A stretch of DNA of 64,000 nucleotides, from positions 62,001-126,000 of the IMG/VR virus record IMGVR_UViG_3300042514_000542; one strand, given 5' to 3'. The stretch's first letter is position 1, and the number at the start of each line of letters is the position of its first letter. Below are positions 1-8,007 of this stretch, one piece after another. The notes under the pieces were generated by a model, which was given only the letters and a program-made list of their open reading frames with translations, made no database searches and had not been told where the DNA came from. A program made the translations under genes and the position numbers.

Positions 1-82
1 TTATCAGGTTTGAAGAGTGTATCGGTTTCAATTTCTGTAACGGTAACGTATGTTGCAGCCATACACAAATTATAGTTCGGTT

Positions 83-322
83 TTAATTAATCTCTTCCCA
101 CAAGTTTTCCAAAGCCTCAAGCATTTCACCTTCATTTCCCTTATAGTATTTCTCAAGATATGTAAAGAATCCCGTGAAACCATATTCCTTAAAAGTTTCC
201 CTAAGATTATTCTTATCCCTCCAACGTGTTCCAGACTTTATTTCCTCTAATACACATTTGAAAGCAGCATCCTTAAAGTCTTCCATAGCTTTAACTTCTT
301 CTGGAGATAATGTGATCTTCAT
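83..322 (-). CDS. hypothetical protein
   Basis: ORF starts 6 nt after the repeat at 329; its stop codon lies inside the repeat at 69. Confidence 0.7.
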   Translation of the reverse strand: MKITLSPEEVKAMEDFKDAAFKCVLEEIKSGTRWRDKNNLRETFKEYGFTGFFTYLEKYYKGNEGEMLEALENLWEEIN

Positions 323-513
323 AACAGTATTATAGTTCGGTTTAATTATCCCTGTTTCTAAGTTCTTCTAGAATTTCTTCTTGAAGCTGTATTTGACGTT
401 GTTGTGGCGTAATAACAATATCACGGGACACGACATAATATACTCCATAATATACTCCAATTGCTAATGCAATAGCAAATACAACAGCTACTAAAATTTC
501 AGATGATTTCATA

Positions 514-915
514 TTAGTCTAAGCTCCAATCAATTTCCTCTTCCAATTCACCCACACACTCTTCCGCCCATTGAGACTCTCGAAAATTCCTATAAGACAT
601 ACCAACCCATAAGGAAAGCATAGCCAATAGTGCCAGTTCCAAAGTCTTGTGTTTGGAATGTTCTACATAGTCTGTAGTGGGAGGTTCCAAATAAGAACCA
701 CTATCATACGCCTCATGTCCAACTTCAAACTCCGTGAAGTCTTCATTCGCCATGATAGTAATGCCATCAAAGTTCATACCCCAATATCCATCCATGTCTT
801 GATAGAACTCATTGGGGAATACACTAATCTTTTGCTTGAGATTACTCTCAACAAATTTTAGAAATACTTCCACTTCTTTATTAGCGAACTTAATCTGTCT
901 TTCTAGGTTATCCAT
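514..915 (-). CDS. hypothetical protein
   Basis: 133 aa ORF, ATG 6 nt after the repeat at 922. Confidence 0.7.
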   Translation of the reverse strand: MDNLERQIKFANKEVEVFLKFVESNLKQKISVFPNEFYQDMDGYWGMNFDGITIMANEDFTEFEVGHEAYDSGSYLEPPTTDYVEHSKHKTLELALLAMLSLWVGMSYRNFRESQWAEECVGELEEEIDWSLD

Positions 916-1376
916 GATAGTATTATAGTTCGGTTTTAATTATTGACAAATAACCAAATTCCCACAATTATACATAAAGCAGCCAACAATGAAATTAGTG
1001 ATAAAATAATTACCAACCAACCACATGTGATTATAATATCTATAATCACCAAAACTGGCAGAAAGATGAGAAACAATCCTAGATATTTTTTAAATATATT
1101 TGACATATTTCTATTAACTAACTTTTATATATTGTGCTATCACTATCAGAATACCAATAATAATCGCAGCTATTACCATATCATTCATATTAAAAATTTC
1201 CAAATTTTTCGTCAGAGGGAAAATCAGATTTGATTAGTTCCTGTATATCCTTCCTAAATTCATAATATTTGTCAAGAAGTTGACTCGCAACATTATCGGA
1301 AAAATATTCTGTATCGAATAATTCGTGAGCAACATTATCGAAGACACTTTCCAGTTCTTCGATAATGTTCTTTCTA

Positions 1377-1619
1377 TTAGCGTTCATATTTAAGAATTAG
1401 AGGATTGGTTGGTAAAACATTAGAAAACTTTGCGGGACGTTTATAGTAACCACGAATTTGTTCACCTTTTTTATTATAGAAATGATTAAGCCTTCCATTA
1501 GTGGATGCTACAATCATTTTATGAGTCTTCTTAGCCGATTCAAGCTTCCTATCAAAGTCCTTAATGAATAAGCTATAGAAGAATTGTTTAAATGTTCGTT
1601 TGTCTTTCTCGTCTTTCAT
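1377..1619 (-). CDS. hypothetical protein
   Basis: ATG 6 nt after the repeat at 1626. Confidence 0.65.
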   Translation of the reverse strand: MKDEKDKRTFKQFFYSLFIKDFDRKLESAKKTHKMIVASTNGRLNHFYNKKGEQIRGYYKRPAKFSNVLPTNPLILKYER

Positions 1620-1643
1620 ATTGCTATTGTAGTTCGGTTTTAA

Positions 1644-2045
1644 TTACGTAAATCCTACGGTTCCCATCAAACATTCTGGACGTTCAATGATCTTATATCC
1701 ATAATCGGACATATCATACTTAAACCAGACCTCATTACTATAATCCTCACCCCACTTAAGTCCATCAATACAATCTAAGTAATGGGTTTCGATCAGTAGG
1801 TATTCATAGTATCCTTCACAGATACCATACGGATCATTGGACTTCTTAACAGTCCCAATAAGTTCATCTTTGTCTAGGAATGATCCACGATACTTTCCAC
1901 CAGATTGCCAAGCATGATAAAGTTCTTTATCTTCTCTCCACTTATCCTTAGCAACACTATCACGATTTTTCTCGCATTCCCTATATACTTCCCAAGACTT
2001 AATCCAAGTTTCGGGAAATGCTATTAGATGGTGAATTTCTTTCAT
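1644..2045 (-). CDS. hypothetical protein
   Basis: Cassette bounded by the repeats at 2052 and 1626. Confidence 0.7.
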   Translation of the reverse strand: MKEIHHLIAFPETWIKSWEVYRECEKNRDSVAKDKWREDKELYHAWQSGGKYRGSFLDKDELIGTVKKSNDPYGICEGYYEYLLIETHYLDCIDGLKWGEDYSNEVWFKYDMSDYGYKIIERPECLMGTVGFT

Positions 2046-2069
2046 ATCAGTATGATATTTCGGTTTTAA

Positions 2070-2357
2070 TTAATCAAATTCAAACCCATAGATCACATAA
2101 TCATTCCCACATTTGATTTCAACTAATCCACCACGATACAAATCAGTATAGTTTTCGTGTAGTTCATCAAAACCTTCTCTTGTTGGAGAGATTGATATAA
2201 TGGTTCCTGATTCATAATAATCAGTCCGATACAATGAATCAACTGTTACGGTATAATCATTATAATTAGGATGGGACTTAGCTACTGATTGTAACTCTTT
2301 GATATGATCCCACCTAAGATTCTGTTTCTCTTGATACTCTTTGAGTTTCTTATTCAT
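2070..2357 (-). CDS. hypothetical protein
   Basis: Start overlaps the upstream stop; its own stop lies in the repeat at 2052. Confidence 0.65.
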   Translation of the reverse strand: MNKKLKEYQEKQNLRWDHIKELQSVAKSHPNYNDYTVTVDSLYRTDYYESGTIISISPTREGFDELHENYTDLYRGGLVEIKCGNDYVIYGFEFD

Positions 2358-3085
2358 GCTTCTAGAAAGTTCTTATAACGCTTTGTATCAACCACAAACC
2401 CACTGGAGTCCTTACGACCTTTACCTAGTGCTACAAGTCCTGCAATGGTATTCTTAGGATCAATGAAGCGTAGGTCATGCTTAGTTGCATCAATAACTTT
2501 CTTACCCTTATACTTGGCGGGAAGTCTCTTATCAAAGACTACCGCTACGTTTCCGCCATTACCCAAGACGATATTAACTCGGTCTTGATTATCTTCCTTA
2601 CGAGAAAATGTAAGGTGATAGTTGGATGGGAACTTACCCATAAGAAAGTTCATAACCCTCTTAAGGTTAGGTGTGTAATCATAAAATTGAACCGTAGGAA
2701 AGTGTTCCATGAAGGTCTTACCATCAAGCTTAACAGTCTCCCATGCAACATCAGAAGTAAGGTTAAGACGAAAAGATACTAGCTCACCTTTCTTAGCAGC
2801 AGTATTAACCTTGGCATTAATCTCCTTATAGAGTTGGCGAAGGAATGCTTCACGATTCTCATGGAAGAACCTAGTCTTTTTAATACGAGCTTGTTGAACC
2901 CTTGGATATGCGCCCATTCCAGAACTGAAAAGGCAAGCCTTAATACATCCAGAACTTGCATTAGGACAAATGTTCTTACCACCTAATGTATAAGGTGCAA
3001 GATGCAAGCCAAAAGAAGTCCAACCATATTTTGTATTCTTCTCCAGTTTAGGATTAGATCGTGATAGTAGTTTTTGCGTGGTCAT
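2354..3085 (-). CDS. GP88-family phage protein (Cys-cluster, radical-SAM-like)
   Basis: Motifs CPNASSGCIKAC, RLNLTSD, FYDYT and DLRFIDP match my recollection of the phage Gene product 88 family. Confidence 0.65.
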   Translation of the reverse strand: MTTQKLLSRSNPKLEKNTKYGWTSFGLHLAPYTLGGKNICPNASSGCIKACLFSSGMGAYPRVQQARIKKTRFFHENREAFLRQLYKEINAKVNTAAKKGELVSFRLNLTSDVAWETVKLDGKTFMEHFPTVQFYDYTPNLKRVMNFLMGKFPSNYHLTFSRKEDNQDRVNIVLGNGGNVAVVFDKRLPAKYKGKKVIDATKHDLRFIDPKNTIAGLVALGKGRKDSSGFVVDTKRYKNFLEA

Positions 3086-4217
3086 AGCTAGATTATATTT
3101 CGGTTTTAATTAAGCCCTACAAACCGTAGAGGTAAAATTCTCTGTATCGAACTCAACAGTAATACTTTCACCATAAGTAACCCATGTAGATATAATATCC
3201 ATAATCTCTTCCTTCTTTTCATCAAAGTCGTCGGAAGTTGCAATATCTTCATAATCCAATGCGTCTTTTACAGCATATTCTACTGCATCCGGTGTCTTAA
3301 ATGATACTCTAATCTTCATACCCAAATTGTAGTTCGGTTTTAATTAAGCACCCTTCAGATAAAGAACACCATCATTATCTTCAATAACCATAAATGTTGG
3401 ATCATCGGAATCTTTAGTAGAACCAATCTTCATAAATTCGAAGTTATCAATAGGTATTGGAGTTGATGTAATAGTTGTATATATAATAGTGCCATCAGCA
3501 TCACACATATCCAAAAAATCCAGTAGATTTTTCCAAGTTGTTATATCTAGTTTGTTCATATTATTTTGATTTAAGAAAGAGACATAAAGGTTCAATAACA
3601 CATACTCCCATTTGAGTTGCTACATCCGCTTTATGAAAGAAAGTAGGTGCATCAAAGTCATTCTTATATACAAATGCCGTTGTCACTTCATCCAATCTAA
3701 CAAGAAATTGTGGATGTTCTTTTGTGATATTGTGATTAATTAAGATATCACATAGATGTTCGTATGCCTTATCAGAAGACTTAATTGGGCCTTGGAATAC
3801 AAACCCATGAGTTTCGCTATAATCCTTTTTTAATTCCACAATATCCATATTTCTGTAGGTAATCATATTGTAATTATATTCCGGTTTTAATTATTGTAAA
3901 TTAGGTTTAATATGTTTATTAGATTAAAAAGTTTATTAGAATTAACCAATTCTAGTAGCAGCCGCCTTAATAGATCCCATGGTGCGTCTATACTTACCAA
4001 GTGTATCAAATACTTTATCTTGTTCTTTGGTTAGAAGTTGTGCGATTTCTGTAGCACTTAAAGAAGGAGATCTTGTATGTGATTGAATGATACCACGAAG
4101 CTTAATCATAAGTTCGTGTGTTACAGCATCGCCATGATTTTGAAATAGTGTACCATCATCTGTCTTGTATACTTTTACTTGTTGCATATCTAATTATACT
4201 TCGGTTTTAATTAAAGG

Positions 4218-4414
4218 GATTCTGGTTTCGGCAACGCCATTCCAACGATCTAAGGTTTAACTTTTAATGTTTAACAACTAAAGGAACAAGTTTTAAGTTT
4301 TGAGTTTTATCCCAATTCGAAAATTGTATCGTTGTCATTAACATTATCGGTAGTTCGATTATCCCATTACAGGATACTGTGCTGTTGAAACATTGTCACC
4401 TACTCCCAGAAATC
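4218..4414 (-). ncRNA. candidate structured RNA / 3' element
   Basis: Non-coding ~200 nt. Ends pair (GATTTCTGG/CCAGAATC); internal hairpins CAATT-TTCG-AATTG and ATCC-TGTAATG-GGAT; contains ACAGCA and repeated AAAACT units. Confidence 0.35.
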
Positions 4415-4416
4415 AT

Positions 4417-4878
4417 TCAAATTTTTGTAGTGCCATTATAGACATCAATATCGTCTTGTAGATCTTCAATCTGTTTTTGAACTCTTGTTACATTGGCATC
4501 AACTTCCTTACTAGGAATTGTGTTGATATAGTTCACCGTAACGTTGACATACTTACCATCAACATATTCACTCTCCTTAAGTTCCTCAATAGGTTGACCA
4601 GAACGGAATGAAGTCCAAAATGCTAGTTCAGCCTTAGCTTCTGTAAGCATGATAAGCTTATCAGCAATACCAACATTGGCCTTGGCAATCCTAGTCTTAA
4701 GATCAATTAGGAATGCCCACTCTTCTTGGAGAGACTTAAGAAGATCATTGGAATTATAATCCTGTTCCACACCCTGCTTATACCTATTGTTGGCTACAAT
4801 TTGTTTTTGTAGCTTGGTGATTCTACCAGTCGTGCGATTCTTTTCCTTTAGTGCTTTTGCGATACTCATTGTGTTCAT
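4417..4878 (-). CDS. coiled-coil hypothetical protein (DIP1984/septicolysin-like pattern)
   Basis: N-terminal IAKALKEKNR, C-terminal IEDLQDDIDVYN; ATG 6 nt after the repeat at 4885. Confidence 0.45.
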   Translation of the reverse strand: MNTMSIAKALKEKNRTTGRITKLQKQIVANNRYKQGVEQDYNSNDLLKSLQEEWAFLIDLKTRIAKANVGIADKLIMLTEAKAELAFWTSFRSGQPIEELKESEYVDGKYVNVTVNYINTIPSKEVDANVTRVQKQIEDLQDDIDVYNGTTKI

Positions 4879-4902
4879 AGTTGTATTATAGTTCGGTTTT
4901 AA

Positions 4903-5556
4903 TTAATAACCCCATGCTTTAAGGGTATGTTGGAATGGTTGTGATTCAATTCCTTTAACCAATTCAAGCATTTTGGTGGCGATATCATTGATTTCTTTTT
5001 GTGCGTGTTCGGATTTTCTAAGTTTTAGAAAGTTTGCAAAGCTTCTCATGTTAAAGGAAACGTCTCCTTGAATTTGCGAGTTATACGTCTTAAAGAATCG
5101 TGCTGATTCCTTTGCCCTCTTACGTCCAAGAATAGGCTCTAGGTCTTTGAGGCATTGATGATAGAGTCTATTAGATTCAATAGAAAAATCGTTCAATCTT
5201 TCAAGCCAAGTCATGTTTGGTGTCTCCCCATGAATATGGGAAATCTCTACATCCCAATCTTCTGGAAGATAATACTTATCCTCTTTAAGTTCTTTATACC
5301 TAGCAGACTCCGCATTCATGCTAGAGATACGATGCTTAAGTAAATGAATGTGACTGGCAATATCTGTATCTACTAGGAAGTGAACCATTCCTTTTTCGAA
5401 TGGTGTCTCATGCCCATTCTCCCATAACATCTTAATCAAATTGGGAACACGATTCTTCTTATCTTCGGTTAGTTCTCTTGAAGTGCTAGTCCATGCTGAA
5501 CATGCTATAACTTCGTCTGATCCATAGAATCCGATTAGTTCTACTTTATTATCCAT
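4903..5556 (-). CDS. thyX: flavin-dependent thymidylate synthase
   Basis: GHETPFE, HLLKHRISSMNAESARY, NMRSFANFLKLR..HAQKEI. Confidence 0.9.
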   Translation of the reverse strand: MDNKVELIGFYGSDEVIACSAWTSTSRELTEDKKNRVPNLIKMLWENGHETPFEKGMVHFLVDTDIASHIHLLKHRISSMNAESARYKELKEDKYYLPEDWDVEISHIHGETPNMTWLERLNDFSIESNRLYHQCLKDLEPILGRKRAKESARFFKTYNSQIQGDVSFNMRSFANFLKLRKSEHAQKEINDIATKMLELVKGIESQPFQHTLKAWGY

Positions 5557-5559
5557 ATA

Positions 5560-6036
5560 TTATTGATACTGATATGGTTTAACTTCTCTTGGAAGAGGAT
5601 CAGTAGCACCTTTGGGTAATGATCCGACATTAGTAAAGCTATAATTGATCTTGGACATAGCAGCATTGTATTCAGCGGCCAATGAGTTATAACTAGCAAT
5701 TACACCAGCAACTTCTTGTTCCCAAAGATTGAATTGTTCTTTGTCTGTCCTATCCCAATCCTTACGGGGAGTTCCCTCGTAACTACCTTCCATTGAAGCT
5801 AGACGAGCTTTATATACTTGAACATCTGCAAGTTTCTTATCACATTCGGCAGCAACATTCTTGAACCATTCATAACGTTTCAACAGAAGTCTTGGATCAA
5901 CTTGTTCTTCTGCAACAATAGATGCTTTACCGATCCATGCACATCCTTTACCAAGGACACTGAATGTAACCCATCCAACAATAAATGCCAGAACTAATGT
6001 TATAATTTTAAGTGTTTTCATATTATTGACTTTCAA
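5560..6036 (-). CDS. membrane-anchored hypothetical protein
   Basis: N-terminal hydrophobic helix followed by coiled coil. Confidence 0.65.
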   Translation of the reverse strand: MKVNNMKTLKIITLVLAFIVGWVTFSVLGKGCAWIGKASIVAEEQVDPRLLLKRYEWFKNVAAECDKKLADVQVYKARLASMEGSYEGTPRKDWDRTDKEQFNLWEQEVAGVIASYNSLAAEYNAAMSKINYSFTNVGSLPKGATDPLPREVKPYQYQ

Positions 6037-6568
6037 GATTTAGAACGATGTTCTTAGTGGCAATTGGTTGTTCCGATATATGAATGATTTGACCACCAGT
6101 GAAGAAGTGACTATGATACACACCCTTTGAAGAGAACCAATAAATGTATTCACATGAGCTTCCATATGTTCCATCATCTTGTAATACTTCTTCTGTTCTT
6201 TTGGCTTGACCACCAATATCAACACTCATTCCGTGAAATTGAGAATCGACAAATTCTCCATCATTAGAAGTTACAGTGTTTGGAGTTAGACGTTTTCCAG
6301 AGGATGTTACCTTACCCATTACAGTTGAATAGAGTAGGACTTGTCCACTGTAAGGACTGATAATATATAGATGTTTGATAGCACCCGGAACATTATCACG
6401 TTTAAGTCTTTCAGCGATATTTCTTTGTTCTGTAGTCCAACCATCTTCATCAGTCTGAACATCAACAGTTTTCTTTGTGACATTTCCAGATGCGGTTGTG
6501 GGATTACTTTCTTCGAGACATGATGTAACGAGAAATGGAATTAGTAGTAGTGTTAGTAGTTTCTTCAT
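6023..6568 (-). CDS. putative lipoprotein
   Basis: Signal peptide with lipobox-like LVTSC; ATG 6 nt after the repeat at 6575. Confidence 0.7.
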   Translation of the reverse strand: MKKLLTLLLIPFLVTSCLEESNPTTASGNVTKKTVDVQTDEDGWTTEQRNIAERLKRDNVPGAIKHLYIISPYSGQVLLYSTVMGKVTSSGKRLTPNTVTSNDGEFVDSQFHGMSVDIGGQAKRTEEVLQDDGTYGSSCEYIYWFSSKGVYHSHFFTGGQIIHISEQPIATKNIVLNLESQ

Positions 6569-6659
6569 AGTTGAATTATAGTTCGGTTTTAATTAAGCAG
6601 ATTACGTTTTCGGTCTATGTTGAATACAGAGTTTATTATTTGCTGAGTGTAATCTTATC

Positions 6660-6785
6660 AAATCACATTTTTTGCTACGTGTCCTAGCCATTAGACGATA
6701 CCATCTTATATAGAATGCGATGGCAGCAGGATTCGAACCTACATCACGATCTTAACAGGATATGCATTATTTGCTGTTGTGATTT
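6660..6785 (-). ncRNA. array unit carrying a circularly permuted tRNA-Asn(GTT)-like module
   Basis: Order: ATC-CTGTTAA-GATCG anticodon arm, TGAT, T arm GTAGG-TTCGAAT-CCTGC, acceptor 3' TGCCATC-G, linker, acceptor 5' GATGGTA, D arm GTCT-AATGGCTA-GGAC. Confidence 0.7.
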
Positions 6786-7059
6786 TATTCAAGAGTCTAT
6801 TTCACTTTGCGGCAGACACATTATAAGTCTTCCTAAGAAGATTGTTATCGTTCGTCCCGTATCTGTTACATATCTATTACTAGACTTAGTTCCACTATCT
6901 ACCATCGCCGTATCGGTTTCCCGACTCTAACTACCTTAGTGCCGTTATTCAGTTCTCTATATGCTGTTAGACTCTTTTTATCAGATTTATTATTGTGGCA
7001 TCGAATCCACTAATGCTTACGCATATTATCCTTGTTGGTTTGCTGTAATAAATCTTTTC

Positions 7060-7200
7060 AAAATGCCATTGTTGTTTGGACTCCAGCGTTTACCAATTCC
7101 GCCATACCTCACATTATTAATAACTGTGGAGGCAGTAGGACTTGAACCTACAAGATTTTCATCGGGAGTTTTGCTTCCTTTTATTTGCTGTTAGCATTTT
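7060..7200 (-). ncRNA. array unit carrying a circularly permuted tRNA-Leu-like module (long variable arm, no intact anticodon loop)
   Basis: ACTCC, variable arm GAT-GAAA-ATC, T arm GTAGG-TTCAAGT-CCTAC, TGCCTC, loop, GAGGTA, D arm GCG-GAATTGGTAAA-CGC, GGAGT. Confidence 0.7.
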
Positions 7201-7206
7201 TATTAC

Positions 7207-7296
7207 AAATTCTGGCTATTCCTAGCTTATTTCCCTTGTTTATGTAGAGCGGGAAATATAAGAGTCGAACTTATTAGTAAGATGCGGACAGAATTT
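7207..7296 (-). ncRNA. array unit: minimal permuted tRNA mimic
   Basis: T arm ATAAG-TTCGACT-CTTAT, acceptor ATTTCCC/GGGAAAT closed by a loop, short D hairpin GCTA-GGAA-TAGC, closing stem AAATTCTG/CAGAATTT. Confidence 0.65.
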
Positions 7297-7957
7297 TATC
7301 AGAACATGTTTTTGGGAAACCGTTCCCTATTAAGGCGGGAGTCGAACCCTAGCCCCACTTAGTTTTGGTAGTGATTTATTATTTGCTGTTAATGTTCTTA
7401 TTCAGAAAAAGTGAAGATTAACTCCTATCTTAAGCTCCATATCACAACCTCTGATATGGTGAGGATACCCGCACGACTTTCATCGTTTTGCATATTTGCT
7501 TTTATTTTTGTTTTAGTTGCTGATACTTTTTCTTATACGATTGACGGATATGGAATCGAACCATTTTAGTTCCCTCGGGCCACCGACAGGTTATTTGATA
7601 TAATAATTGTTTTAGTTGCTGAAGTCAATCTATCAGAGGACGTTTTTATTTCAATTAACGTTTGATTTTATATATTTGCTGAATGTCCTCTTGTTATGGG
7701 ATTTCCGATTCGTCACCCACTATTCAGCCTTTTATATCTTTCGACACCGCTTGACTGAATCACTTATTGATCGTCTTAAATTTCGGATTACGTTTATTTT
7801 CAATAACAATGAATTTGGTTATTTGCTGATTGTAATCCTATATCAGATCGCGTTTTTTATTTCCAATAATAAGTTAATATTTGCTGAATACGATCTTGTT
7901 GATAGTTTTTATTATTTCGAACCGTAGAACTACCAAACTACTGAGATTCTTTTATGT

Positions 7958-7998
7958 CCTCTACTCATGTATTTAAACATAGAGTAGAGGTTTGTCAA
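7958..7998 (-). promoter_or_regulatory. candidate promoter of the RNA array inside an inverted repeat
   Basis: TTGACA (7993-7998), 17 nt, then TAAATA (7970-7975). The TAAATA is flanked by the perfect IR CCTCTACTC/GAGTAGAGG (7958-7966, 7982-7990). Confidence 0.5.
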
Positions 7999-8007
7999 CC
8001 ACGACAA

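Larger units (their letters stand above)
6599..7896 (-). ncRNA. Tandem array of 12 Y-RNA-like modules downstream of the Ro60-like gene
   Basis: Units 6599-6655, 6660-6785, 6791-6976, 6983-7055, 7060-7200, 7207-7296, 7301-7398, 7404-7533, 7539-7630, 7635-7691, 7785-7838, 7845-7896. Each is closed by its own 7-10 bp terminal stem. 11 have (A/T)CAGCA 0-2 nt after the 5' stem strand; one has the variant TCCGCATC. G-U pairs favour the minus strand. Confidence 0.8.

Noticed and set aside
6900-6960. Hammerhead ribozyme (CTGAATAA...GAAAC) in array unit 3, and CTGATGA/CTGACGA in other islands
   Set aside because: The core does not match CUGANGA together with a correctly placed GAAA and stems.
6660-7630. 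Ordinary tRNA gene cluster
   Set aside because: T arms precede their matching D arms, acceptor halves are joined by loops, most units lack anticodon loops and none has an encoded CCA end.
6599-7896. CRISPR array
   Set aside because: Only a 5-9 nt core is conserved, unit lengths vary from 52 to 186 nt, the variable parts are self-structured and enclosed by unit-specific stems, and no cas genes are present.
6715-7927. Plus-strand ORFs 6715-6930, 6961-7194 and 7616-7927
   Set aside because: They are antisense to the transcription unit, have low-complexity translations and no promoter or start context; better explained as shadows of the RNA array.
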